The notes beneath the pieces are model-generated. The model worked only from the letters and a program-made list of their open reading frames with translations, ran no database searches and was not told the DNA's origin. Positions 1-9,351 of a stretch of DNA of 32,000 bases are shown piece after piece; the first letter of the stretch is position 1, and every line of letters begins with the position of its first letter. The position numbers were made by a program, and so were the translations under genes. Where the stretch lies: positions 1-32,000 of the forward strand of contig JBIOZG010000011.1 of assembly GCA_044870765.1 (NCBI GenBank), in the 5' to 3' direction. Source of the DNA: Nitrososphaeraceae archaeon. Its GTDB lineage: Archaea; Thermoproteota; Nitrososphaeria; Nitrososphaerales; Nitrososphaeraceae.

Positions 1-1875
1 ACTGGCAAGACTGGCGTCGTCATTACCATAATTCAGTTAGGGTTAATATTCATTCTAATCACAGCCGGTATATGGGTTATGAGCGGTCAACCTAACTGGC
101 ATACGAATTTTTCAGATTTTATGCCAAAGGGCATCACTGGAATAGTTGCTGCAATGGGTTTGACTTTCATAGCATTTGAAGGATATGAGGTAATCGTTCA
201 AACAGGAGAGGAAGTTAAAAATCCAAAAAGGAACATCCCGCGAGCAATATTCATATCGCTAACTGCTGTGGTTGTTCTGTACTGTTTAATTGCCTTCGTA
301 TCTATTGGCGCCATTTTTCCAGAAGGCATTGAGTCTTGGAAATACATTGGTCAGAGTGGTGAGCTTGGAATAATGAAGGCCGCCGAATTACTCGTACCTT
401 ACGGAGCATTTATCGTTCTAGGCGGGGGTCTTATTTCAACCCTTGCGGCATTAAATGCAACAACCTTCTCATCTGCGAGAGTTGCTTTTGCTATGGGCAG
501 GAATTATAATATGCCGTATCAGCTGAGCGCTATCCACAAAAGGAACAAGACACCTTATGTAGCAATACTAATATCTGGTATCATAATGGCAATTATGGCT
601 TATGGGCTTCCTCTAGGGCAGATTGCCACTGCAGCAGGTGTGATTTTTCTGTTGTTATTTACTCAGGTTAATATGGCTGTAATCACAATTCGTAGAATTT
701 ATGGAGACAAGTTAGATTACGGCTTTAAAACTCCTTTCTTCCCTGTAATACCAATTATAGGTATCTTTCTAAAACTCGGATTAGCTGTATATCTACTTGT
801 AACTCAACCTTTAAGCTGGGCAATAACTGTGGTATGGGTGGTAATTGGATTCTTTGTGTATCGAATGTACACATTTAGGAAAGAAATAGATCATTATGCA
901 CCAATTGTTACCAGCGAAGGGGATTTAGAGAGAAAAGATTACAGGATTCTTATTCCGTATACCCCTGAAGATCCAGATAGATTACTAAAGTATGCGATAA
1001 GAGTAGCCAAAGAAAGTATCGGAGAGATTAATATTTTAAGAGTAATCACAGTTCCAAAACAAACACCCCTATCCGCTGGTACGGGTTATGCTGAAACAGC
1101 CAAGAAATCTTTTGAACCGTTAGATAAGCTAATCGATAAGGAGAATATTCTAAATCACTATCTCGTAAGAATATCACATGATGCAAGTGAAGCAATATTG
1201 GCTACTGTGGAGGAACAAAAAATAGATCTATTGATTACAGATTTTGAAATGTTCAGAAACAGTAAAAAATTTCAAACTATACTAACATGCGATGTTCTAG
1301 CAATTTTGTCAGAAGGGAACGAAGAGCTAACCTTTGAACCAGACCGGAAAAAAGGCCGTAAAGATAAGAAAAATTTGGTCGTTCTATATGATGGGGGAGA
1401 TCATTCCGAGGTCGTTCTGAAGGCAACGAGCTGGTTAGAACGTTCGGGGCAGTTCAAAATTAATGTGTTATATATCAATACCAAAAATGATGGCGAACAG
1501 GAAAAAATTGTAAGAATAACAGACGTACTGAAACAAAAGGAATATCTTGAGCAGGTCGGTATTGAATTTAATGAGATTACCTTATCAGATAACGATATGC
1601 AATATAGTAATGAAGCAGCAGATACAATTTTGTCCTCTTTGGGTAATTTTCAACCCGACGTTGTCATAACGAGTGCAACTATTTCAAAGTTTAGCTTGTT
1701 TAACGATCCTCATTTTCTAAATATGCTATATGAGCTCAAATGCCACGTTATAGTAGCCAGACATTTTGCTATTCCTGGAGTACACACACTCAAAATTCTA
1801 GTCCATAGATTAAGAAATCTAATACTTGAAAAGGTAGAGGACCTCAAAAAAACCAAACAGGAATCGACAAGCTAA
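1..1875 (+). CDS. APC-superfamily amino acid/polyamine permease (C-terminal TM portion) fused to two UspA-like domains; 5' end lies outside the window
   Basis: Frame 1 is open from base 1 (TGKTGVVITIIQLGLIF...), so the ATG at 79 is internal. Successive hydrophobic helices carry APC-like motifs (GYEVIVQTGEEVKNPKRNIPRAI; SSARVAFAMGRN). Two USP-like alpha/beta modules follow (YRILIPYTPEDPDRLLKYAIRVAKE; KNLVVLYDGGDHSEVVLKATSWLERS). Confidence 0.8.
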   Translation, partial: TGKTGVVITIIQLGLIFILITAGIWVMSGQPNWHTNFSDFMPKGITGIVAAMGLTFIAFEGYEVIVQTGEEVKNPKRNIPRAIFISLTAVVVLYCLIAFVSIGAIFPEGIESWKYIGQSGELGIMKAAELLVPYGAFIVLGGGLISTLAALNATTFSSARVAFAMGRNYNMPYQLSAIHKRNKTPYVAILISGIIMAIMAYGLPLGQIATAAGVIFLLLFTQVNMAVITIRRIYGDKLDYGFKTPFFPVIPIIGIFLKLGLAVYLLVTQPLSWAITVVWVVIGFFVYRMYTFRKEIDHYAPIVTSEGDLERKDYRILIPYTPEDPDRLLKYAIRVAKESIGEINILRVITVPKQTPLSAGTGYAETAKKSFEPLDKLIDKENILNHYLVRISHDASEAILATVEEQKIDLLITDFEMFRNSKKFQTILTCDVLAILSEGNEELTFEPDRKKGRKDKKNLVVLYDGGDHSEVVLKATSWLERSGQFKINVLYINTKNDGEQEKIVRITDVLKQKEYLEQVGIEFNEITLSDNDMQYSNEAADTILSSLGNFQPDVVITSATISKFSLFNDPHFLNMLYELKCHVIVARHFAIPGVHTLKILVHRLRNLILEKVEDLKKTKQESTS

Positions 1876-1975
1876 ACGCATTCACTCGCTTATTGTACAT
1901 ATACTATATGAAGTTCTGACTTCCAATTCTTGTGTGATGTTCATAATTATTTTTACATTTTTGCTATTATCAAGA

Positions 1976-1984
1976 TTTATATAG
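1976..1984 (+). promoter_or_regulatory. Archaeal TATA-box candidate for the FTR1 gene
   Basis: TTTATATAG matches the archaeal TATA consensus (TTTAWATA). It lies ~90 nt upstream of the ATG at 2074 and 12 nt upstream of the palindrome at 1996-2009. Confidence 0.4.
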
Positions 1985-1995
1985 CATTAATCTAC

Positions 1996-2009
1996 TTAGG
2001 TAAGCCTAA
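1996..2009. promoter_or_regulatory. DtxR/IdeR-type operator candidate (TTAGG-TAAG-CCTAA)
   Basis: The 14-bp palindrome TTAGGTAAGCCTAA equals the first 14 positions of the DtxR/IdeR box consensus TWAGGTWAGSCTWACCTWA. It sits just downstream of the TATA candidate, where an archaeal TSS would fall. A DtxR-family gene lies directly downstream of FTR1. Confidence 0.5.
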
Positions 2010-2073
2010 TTGTTTTATGCCACTGAGAAAAAATTATTCCATTAAAACCTATTATGCGAGGTAGAAAAAATGA

Positions 2074-4476
2074 ATGAAAATTTTCTATCGGAATGTTAAT
2101 AAGAAAAAAATTTCATTATGCGTATGGATATTTTACCTCGTTCCAAGTCTTTATTCGAGCTCCGTATATGGGGCACAGAATATCGGACTTAGCCCTAGCG
2201 ACCTAGTTTTAGTGACAGTAAACTTACAACGAATTCTGGAACAAATGAATTTGGTTCAAACTAGTCTTACAAATGAAGATAACACAAGGGCTTTTGAACA
2301 CGCATATATTTCACACTCAATAATATTTCCATCAATTAAAGACAAACTAAAAGAGATAGATCAAAACTCAACTGATAGATTGGAATCGCTTTTAATTGAT
2401 TTACCTATAATGGTAAGATCATCTACTCAGATGTCGGAAATAGGAACTAATATCATTCAAATAAAGGATATCTTGAATGATATTAATTCAGCTATACTGA
2501 ATCCAAATAGTTCTGGTTACAATTCAACCATTTCGTCGACTATTATTGTTTTGTTAAACGATACCTCAAAATTCTATCAACTATCTGATTTTGGTAACTC
2601 CAAGAATCCTCCGAGTTTAGTAGATTATGAAAACGCCATAGGGACCGCTGATATCTCGCACATGTTGTACAAAAATATCTCTAAAGTCTTTGATGATTCT
2701 AAACAAGAAGAATTAGAGTCCTTTTTCGCAAACCTGGAGAATTCCTTACTTTATAAATCAGATATTCAAAGCATAACTGTACTCATTAAGGCATTGCAAA
2801 CCAATTTAGCTGAAAATGAATCCGATACTCAGTCCAATGATTCTTTACGGCCATATTTTGCGAATATTAAAAATTTATTATCGGATATTGACGCAGCCAT
2901 AAGAAACGACTCTGATTATTCTTCAGCCGAAAAGTACGCAACTACAGCATACCTGGATAATTTTGAGTATCTCGAAGCTCCGCTTGAAAAAGTTGATCCA
3001 ATACTTATGAAAAACTTGGAACTAATGATGAGAGAACAACTACGAGAATTATTAAAAAATAGCCAGCAATCAGAAGCGATTGTCCTTTTGAACAATATCA
3101 CTACAAATCTTTCAAAGGCCGCAGACCTATTGAATATAAATTATGAAAACCTCGAAACAAGTGATACGGCAGGATATTCAGTTCCTTTGAGAGAGAATAC
3201 CCAATTAAATAATCTAAGTGATATTACAGAACTAAGTAAGGGATTTGGTACTTACTCTGGAATAAAAAAAGGCTTTGGCGATAGTAAAGACTCTGAGAAG
3301 ACGGGAGTAAGGATTGATATAGATAGTATAAGGATCAAATTGGTTGAACTGCTTCAAAACTATAAGGAAGGAGAAAATGACGAAGCATTTATGGCCGCCA
3401 GATCAGCATATCTGGACAGTTACGAAAGAATAGAAGTTCCACTTAGGCCGATAAATCCTGACTATACGCTTGACATGGAAATAAAATTTGCAGAACTCCG
3501 TAATTTGATCCAACAACATCAGCCTTATCCAAGAGTTGAAGCCAAGGTTGTAGAAATTAGAAGCGGGCTAGATGAATCTGAGAGATTGGTTACAGGCACA
3601 GGAACATTAGCACCATCACTTGCATTTTCCACTTCATTTTCTATAATATTCAGAGAAGGGCTTGAATCTGCACTTATAATAGGTGCCATCCTTACTTATC
3701 TTGAAGCATCACGAAATTCACATTATAAGAAACATGTCTACCTAGGAATTGTGATCGCTATTATTGCAACAGTCATTACATGGTTTTTCGCTCAGTTTGT
3801 TATAGACATCACAGGTGCAAGTAAGGAGCTAATCGAGGCAATAGCGGGAATTTCAGCTGTTGTAGTATTATTCTGGGTAAGTTTCTGGATATTAAATAAG
3901 GTTGAAACTAAAAAATGGATTGAATTTGTAAAGGCAAAAGTTTGGCAGGCAACTACAACGGGAAGTGTAATGGTCTTCGCAATGTTATCGTTTTTTACAA
4001 TCTATAGAGAGGGGTTTGAAACTGTCTTATTTTATCAGGCCATGTTCTCATTTGCCAAAAATATGGAGATATTTGTATTCTTGGGACTAGTGCTAGGACT
4101 GGCTGTGATAATAAGTGTTGTATTCATTATTAGAAAGCTCGGCAAAAAGTTACCACTGCGTGTTTTATTTGGCCTAACTATGGCGATAGGAGCTTACATG
4201 TCAATCGCTTTCATCGGAAATGCAATAAGAGAGTTTCAAGAAATTGGTTATATTTCAACAACACACCTATTTGGAATTATCCCACGTTTAGAGATAAACT
4301 TGGCAACAATGACAGGTATTCATCCCACACTAGAAACAACTATTGCTCAGATATTACTCTTATCAGTTTATCTTGTAGGATGTCTTTATATATTAATAAT
4401 GCAACCACGTAGAAAGAAGTTGGCTGAAACGTCTAGAAAATCTATGGCTAATTTGAAGGATGGAGAGAAACGATGA
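2074..4476 (+). CDS. FTR1/EfeU-family high-affinity iron permease with a ~510-aa N-terminal extracytoplasmic helical domain
   Basis: The C-terminal ~290 aa has 7 predicted TM helices and two REXXE iron-permease motifs (FREGLESALIIGA; YREGFETVLFYQA). The N-terminus has a signal peptide (..SSSVYG|AQN) followed by a long Asn/Ser-rich helical region with an internal repeat (AYLDNFEYLEAPL / AYLDSYERIEVPL). Confidence 0.85.
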   Translation: MKIFYRNVNKKKISLCVWIFYLVPSLYSSSVYGAQNIGLSPSDLVLVTVNLQRILEQMNLVQTSLTNEDNTRAFEHAYISHSIIFPSIKDKLKEIDQNSTDRLESLLIDLPIMVRSSTQMSEIGTNIIQIKDILNDINSAILNPNSSGYNSTISSTIIVLLNDTSKFYQLSDFGNSKNPPSLVDYENAIGTADISHMLYKNISKVFDDSKQEELESFFANLENSLLYKSDIQSITVLIKALQTNLAENESDTQSNDSLRPYFANIKNLLSDIDAAIRNDSDYSSAEKYATTAYLDNFEYLEAPLEKVDPILMKNLELMMREQLRELLKNSQQSEAIVLLNNITTNLSKAADLLNINYENLETSDTAGYSVPLRENTQLNNLSDITELSKGFGTYSGIKKGFGDSKDSEKTGVRIDIDSIRIKLVELLQNYKEGENDEAFMAARSAYLDSYERIEVPLRPINPDYTLDMEIKFAELRNLIQQHQPYPRVEAKVVEIRSGLDESERLVTGTGTLAPSLAFSTSFSIIFREGLESALIIGAILTYLEASRNSHYKKHVYLGIVIAIIATVITWFFAQFVIDITGASKELIEAIAGISAVVVLFWVSFWILNKVETKKWIEFVKAKVWQATTTGSVMVFAMLSFFTIYREGFETVLFYQAMFSFAKNMEIFVFLGLVLGLAVIISVVFIIRKLGKKLPLRVLFGLTMAIGAYMSIAFIGNAIREFQEIGYISTTHLFGIIPRLEINLATMTGIHPTLETTIAQILLLSVYLVGCLYILIMQPRRKKLAETSRKSMANLKDGEKR

Positions 4477-4601
4477 TATGTTTTAAAACTAAATTTGGGA
4501 ACAAAAAAGTGAACCCTGCATGCAATCAAGAAAAATAATTAGGCGTAAAACTAATAACTATATTGTGATTAAGACTATGTTAAATATTTGGGATCGTCAA
4601 C

Positions 4602-5048
4602 ATGAATTCTGATGAAGAACTTTATCTGGGAACTGCTGAATCCGAACATATTGAAATGTACCTAAAGGCCATTTGGCACATGCGTGAGAAAAATGAAAAA
4701 GTAAAAGTTAGTTCTATTGCTAAGATTTTGAATGTAAGGCAACCATCTGTTGTCCAGATGCTTCACAAGCTGAATGACGAAAATCTAGTTGACTATGAGA
4801 AAGGCAATGCTGAAATGAATTTGACAGCTGAAGGAGAAAAAATAGGAGAACAAATGATTAGGAATACGAGACTTTTGGAGGTCATGATGAAGGAAGCCTT
4901 AAAAATTGAAATCGATGAGGAGATGGTGTGTGGAATTGAACATCATATGAAGCATATATTTACCGATGCTTTATGTACCCTATTAAAACACCCTAGGTAC
5001 TGTCCACATGGTTATGATATTCCTGTGGGTAACTGTTGCAAAGAATAA
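4602..5048 (+). CDS. DtxR/MntR-family metal-dependent transcriptional repressor
   Basis: HIEMYLKAIWHM..VKVSSIAKILNVRQPSVVQMLHKLNDENLV is the DtxR-type wHTH. The dimerisation/metal-site region has ligand-type residues (EHHMKH, CPHG). At 148 aa it lacks the SH3-like third domain. Confidence 0.85.
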   Translation: MNSDEELYLGTAESEHIEMYLKAIWHMREKNEKVKVSSIAKILNVRQPSVVQMLHKLNDENLVDYEKGNAEMNLTAEGEKIGEQMIRNTRLLEVMMKEALKIEIDEEMVCGIEHHMKHIFTDALCTLLKHPRYCPHGYDIPVGNCCKE

Positions 5049-5119
5049 ATCATGATGTATATTTCTGACTGTATTTGAGATAATCAATGATTTGTTGATA
5101 TTTTTGAGAAAGATAGTGT

Positions 5120-6214
5120 ATGTCAATTGAATTCAATTACTCATGGGATATGTTTAGGGGTAATATAAGAAGAACGGGATCAACAGGAACTAAACCAGTG
5201 ACCAAACCCTCGCTTTACTGGACAATGGAGCTTGGTCCGATGGTGTCTTCTCCCGTTTATGAAGAAGGATTTCTATTTATTCTTACATTGACCGGACGTA
5301 TCTTTTGTTTGGATATATCAAAGAGAGAAATCAGATGGCATCATAATATTGGAATTCCTATGGTTTCATCGCCATTAATTTTGGGTGATATGATAGTATG
5401 TGCTACGTTTGGTAACTGGATACATGGTGATACTTCACAAGATAATATTGTTTTTGCACTTGATAAAGATGATGGGAGTATGATCTGGGAGCATCATGCC
5501 GGGGGAGACTTTTTTTCTTCACCATGTCCTATAGGAAAGAATATAATCTTGGGGTCCTTGGATCATAATTTGTATTGTATCAATTCGACTGGAGAAATAA
5601 TCTGGAACTATGAGACAAACGGTCAGATTTGGTCTTCTCCTTCTTGCCATGATGATATCATATATTTTGGATCAGATGATGGGTTCATATACTCTGTTGA
5701 TTCAGACGGATCGCTAAAATGGAAATCAAAATTAAATGGTAAAATAAGATCTTCTTCTCCTTGTCTTTATGGAGATTTAATTTTTATTGGCACATATAAT
5801 GGTGGAATATACTGTTTACACAATTTTAACGGTACTACCAATTGGTATAAAACTATAGAAAAACCAGTTTTATCATCTCCCCTTTTGGTAAAGGACAGAA
5901 TCATATTTGGAGCTTCTGATTGTAAACTTTATTGCTTCGATTTGAGAGGTTCTAAACTATGGGAATTTGAAACGGGTGGAAAAATCTGGTCGTCCCCGGC
6001 CAGCAGTGAAAATGATAAATTATTGTTTTTTGGAGGTTTGGATTCATATATTTATGGTATAAATTTCTATACAGGAAACCAGGAGTGGAAATTTCCCACG
6101 ATGGGTAGCATTGATTCTTCACCATGCATTGCAGATGGGATGTTGTTTGTCGGTAGCAGAGATGGTATATTGTATAGTTTTGAAAAACATATAGAACCAG
6201 CATATATCTCCTGA
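5120..6214 (+). CDS. PQQ-like (BamB-type) beta-propeller repeat protein, no signal peptide
   Basis: The N-terminal W-x-MFRGN-x-RRTG is typical of archaeal PQQ-like repeat proteins. About 8 repeats of the pattern ..G.I.SSP....D.I.FGS.DG.LY.....G...W follow. Confidence 0.75.
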   Translation: MSIEFNYSWDMFRGNIRRTGSTGTKPVTKPSLYWTMELGPMVSSPVYEEGFLFILTLTGRIFCLDISKREIRWHHNIGIPMVSSPLILGDMIVCATFGNWIHGDTSQDNIVFALDKDDGSMIWEHHAGGDFFSSPCPIGKNIILGSLDHNLYCINSTGEIIWNYETNGQIWSSPSCHDDIIYFGSDDGFIYSVDSDGSLKWKSKLNGKIRSSSPCLYGDLIFIGTYNGGIYCLHNFNGTTNWYKTIEKPVLSSPLLVKDRIIFGASDCKLYCFDLRGSKLWEFETGGKIWSSPASSENDKLLFFGGLDSYIYGINFYTGNQEWKFPTMGSIDSSPCIADGMLFVGSRDGILYSFEKHIEPAYIS

Positions 6215-6257
6215 GATTCAACGTATTTGATACCCATTGGAGGAATTCAAAAATGAA

Positions 6258-7538
6258 TTAATTAGTACTATTTTTCGCTGATATTTTGAAAATTGTTCCA
6301 TCGTGTTTGTAGTTTGTTAGAACGTAGAGATTGCCATCAGACCCTAATTGGAGATCTGTGATTATACCAAAATTTCTACCAAATATTATACTACCAGTTT
6401 CAGAATTTGTGTCTGCTGTCTTATCACTCAACGGACCAGAAAGAACTAGGTGTGTTCTAGTCTTGTCCAGTGGAAAATTGAAAATAGTGCCATTCTTAAC
6501 ACTACCTACAAATAGATTATCTTTGTATTTTGATCCAAGATTGTCAGTATGCAAGAATAGGACAGAAGTAGGTGCTATAGTGTCTATCCATATAAATTCG
6601 GGATCCCTGTAGGTGCCCTTTCCTCCAAAGGTTTCCAATTTTTCTGAATTAAAACCAGGTGTAGCTTTAGAAAATCCGATTACCTCTTTCCATCCGCTAT
6701 TAAATCCAGGTAGCACAAGATTAATTTCATCATCAGTGCTGCGACCATTTTCGGTTTCCCAGAGATTTCCTGTTAACGAGTCAAATCCAATACCAAAACT
6801 ATTTCGTATTCCATACGCATAATACTTATTCAATGGGTCTTCGTCTCCTAGAATTCCTTTATCAACAACGCCACCATCAAATGTAATTCTAAGTACACCA
6901 CCTCTTCCATCTGGTGGAGGACCATCCTTGTTATTCTGAGCTTTAGTAATAAAAGATTGATTTTGAACATAGTTTAAGTTACCAATGACAAGATATACGC
7001 TCTTCTTATCCGGGCCTATCTTTAATACTCCGCCATTATGTGAAGGTCCGGGTATCGTAGGAAGATCGAGGAGCAATTTTGGATTTACCAACTTACCATT
7101 ATCGTATTCATATCTATAAAGGCGATTTCCAAGAACCTCTCCTCCGTCAACATTCTGAGTTTCTGTGTAGAACAAGAATACATACCTGGGTTTATCTGAA
7201 ATTGCAATACCTAACAATCCTCTTTCACTTACATTTGCCACGTTGACGTCCAAAACGGTTCCAACTACAGTACTGTTTTTTATTTCCTTTACTATTCCCG
7301 TATTCTTCTCTATAACCAAGATATCATCAGGTCCTAGAAAATTCATCCCAGTTGGGAACTTAAACCCAGAAGCGTATTCTTGAATCTGTAACTGTGTATC
7401 GTTAACCATAGGCAATTCAAGACTCTTGTCCATTTGGCCAAATACATTGATATTTTGACTAGTTAAAACAATGAATGTAGCGCCGATAAATACAATGAAG
7501 GAAATTAAGTAATTATATTGTAGAGATGAGATTTGCAA
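6258..7538 (-). CDS. PQQ-dependent sugar (glucose/sorbosone) dehydrogenase family beta-propeller, membrane-anchored or secreted
   Basis: N-terminal TM/signal (YLISFIVFIGATFIVL). sGDH/YliI-like motifs are present: ERGLLGIA, GPSHNGGVLKIGPD, YAYGIRNSFGIGFD, ETENGRSTDDEINLVLPGFNSGW. Confidence 0.8.
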   Translation of the reverse strand: MQISSLQYNYLISFIVFIGATFIVLTSQNINVFGQMDKSLELPMVNDTQLQIQEYASGFKFPTGMNFLGPDDILVIEKNTGIVKEIKNSTVVGTVLDVNVANVSERGLLGIAISDKPRYVFLFYTETQNVDGGEVLGNRLYRYEYDNGKLVNPKLLLDLPTIPGPSHNGGVLKIGPDKKSVYLVIGNLNYVQNQSFITKAQNNKDGPPPDGRGGVLRITFDGGVVDKGILGDEDPLNKYYAYGIRNSFGIGFDSLTGNLWETENGRSTDDEINLVLPGFNSGWKEVIGFSKATPGFNSEKLETFGGKGTYRDPEFIWIDTIAPTSVLFLHTDNLGSKYKDNLFVGSVKNGTIFNFPLDKTRTHLVLSGPLSDKTADTNSETGSIIFGRNFGIITDLQLGSDGNLYVLTNYKHDGTIFKISAKNSTN

Positions 7539-7966
7539 GTAAAGACTTCAGGAAGTAACTGGATTGAATTATTTATTAACGTTTACTATTTGAGATTAAA
7601 TAAACTCGAAAAATTGCTATTCACCGGAATGTATAATTAAGATACAAGCAAGAGACGTTGATTTAATGACTTGGATCTAAATTGGCTCGTCTCAGAGGTA
7701 GGAAAATTAGACGAACTGTAAATCGGAGCTTACATATAACATCGCGTTAAGAGAAAGAAAATCATTTCTCAAAATCAATCATCAAAGTCAATGTATTTTA
7801 CAAAACTCTCTCATGTCTCGAGCGCTATGAATCAAGTCATTAACTAAAAATTAGGATTCTTATTATTGAATCACTAGGTGGTGTTTTAAATAACTTTCTT
7901 ATTTAATTACCATATGGAATAATTTTTGAAAATTCATATTAATCATTTTTCTTACCTTACAACTGT

Positions 7967-9244
7967 ATGAAAATTAAATCCAATTTTAGAATTCTTTTGC
8001 TTTTTGGGATATTCATGATATCGGGCATGGTATCCAACACAGCATTGGCACAAATCCCTGCTGCGACTGGGATAGGAGTAAAAATAGACACTCCAGTAGA
8101 TTCATCCAATTTGCCAGCCGGTGATTTAACCATATACGGTACGTCCTCAGATGATGATACTACTAACTGTCAAGTTTATGCTGACTGGAACGATCTAAAA
8201 CCTATGCAGAATGTTTCTGCTAATGGCCCTAAGGGGATCTCTGACTTTTCGAAATGGAGTTTTACATATACTAGCAATTATCATAATATAGTTGAAGGTC
8301 AGAATGAACTAACTTCAAAAATAACATGTTATGACAGCGGTCCAACTGCCTCCTCAAAGTCCTATTCTATTAATGTTACTGGAACAAAAACGGTGAGTAA
8401 AAACTCAAATGATACTCTTCAACAAACTAAAGAAGATACAGTTGCTGAATCTAGCAATATATTATCTGTAAAGAGTAACAATAACGATGACAACGATCTG
8501 AACGATGCAGCTCAACAATCTACTCAAGAAAACATCTCGAATACAGATGCTGAAGCTACAGATGTTGACACAGATGTTGAAGCTACAGATGTTGACACAG
8601 ATGCTGAAGCCACAAATATATTACCTGTGAAAAGCAACAATACCGACAGTACTCCTCAACAAACCAATGAAGATTCAGATAATGAAGCTAACAATATATT
8701 ACCAGTAGAGAATAACAAAAGCAACAGCGGTACTTATAAAATTCTCCCATTATATTCTGAATCCAATGAAAAATCAACAAAGTCGGCATCTTCCGAAGGT
8801 TCTGACGAAACAAACGTAGGTAGCACTGGTACCGTTGAGTCAGAAGATGGTTCTAATTCAAAAACAATTGACACTACCGACACTGGTACTTCTACTACCC
8901 TAGGTACACAAGAAGCTCAAACAGAAGCAGATACCTCCCCTATGAGTGGATCCAAAATTTCTGAAGGCACAGACCAATCAAAAGTTGATAGTAATACTAA
9001 CACCTTTTTTACATATGAACCTGACCTAGGAGAAGAGCAAGGATCAAGCAATAATCATGACCACACAATCGGCACTCCGGAATCTGATAATTCTATATCA
9101 AATTTTAATAACGAGGACAATTCGATTTTCGGACTAAAATTCAAACACTTTGATAAATCAAATGATGATAAGATGGAACAAAAGATAGAAAAATTAAACG
9201 ATAAAATTGCCAATCGGGTGCATTTGTTCGATCTGATTGGATAA
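7967..9244 (+). CDS. Secreted protein: signal peptide + Ig-like (Big_3-like) domain + long acidic Ser/Thr/Asn/Asp-rich tail
   Basis: Signal peptide with ALA|Q cleavage motif. Residues ~37-139 form a two-Cys domain about 45% identical by eye to residues ~89-192 of the 10325-12328 product. The tail contains tandem and dispersed repeats (NILxVxxNN x3). Confidence 0.7.
   Translation: MKIKSNFRILLLFGIFMISGMVSNTALAQIPAATGIGVKIDTPVDSSNLPAGDLTIYGTSSDDDTTNCQVYADWNDLKPMQNVSANGPKGISDFSKWSFTYTSNYHNIVEGQNELTSKITCYDSGPTASSKSYSINVTGTKTVSKNSNDTLQQTKEDTVAESSNILSVKSNNNDDNDLNDAAQQSTQENISNTDAEATDVDTDVEATDVDTDAEATNILPVKSNNTDSTPQQTNEDSDNEANNILPVENNKSNSGTYKILPLYSESNEKSTKSASSEGSDETNVGSTGTVESEDGSNSKTIDTTDTGTSTTLGTQEAQTEADTSPMSGSKISEGTDQSKVDSNTNTFFTYEPDLGEEQGSSNNHDHTIGTPESDNSISNFNNEDNSIFGLKFKHFDKSNDDKMEQKIEKLNDKIANRVHLFDLIG
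8543..8614 (+). repeat. 27-bp tandem repeat, 2.7 copies (encodes TDAEATDVD/TDVEATDVD)
   Basis: 8543-8569 and 8570-8596 differ by one base. 8597-8614 is a partial third copy. Confidence 0.85.
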
Positions 9245-9351
9245 GCTAGAATTTTAGTTTCGTAAACTTTAATTCAAAAATAAATTGCTTGCTACTGCTC
9301 CGCTCAAACCGTTCAACAGACATCGAAAATTTTAACTAAAAAATAAAATTT

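Noticed and set aside
2916-3101. Antisense or shifted ORFs nested inside strong genes. These are 2916-3101, 5952-6221, 6331-6612, 6613-6822, 9666-9863, 9864-10073, 10614-10805, 11448-11645, 11816-12040, 12621-12893, 14104-14328, 14350-14547, 15315-15688, 15900-16133, 16135-16532, 17883-18197, 18415-18669, 18732-19043, 20474-20897, 20914-21114, 22057-22906, 25989-26195, 29504-29839 and 30467-30667.
   Set aside because: Each lies wholly within a longer ORF that has recognisable family motifs or a clear signal-peptide/domain organisation. Their compositions are low-complexity or hydrophobic junk, as expected from reading AT-rich coding DNA out of frame.
4539-4554. A second DtxR-box candidate, TTAGGCGTAAAACTAA, upstream of the DtxR-family gene (possible autoregulation).
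   Set aside because: Only the outer TTAG/CTAA tetramers match. The spacing is 8 rather than 4 and the centre does not fit the consensus. A similar half-site TTAGGT at ~17265 is also too weak.
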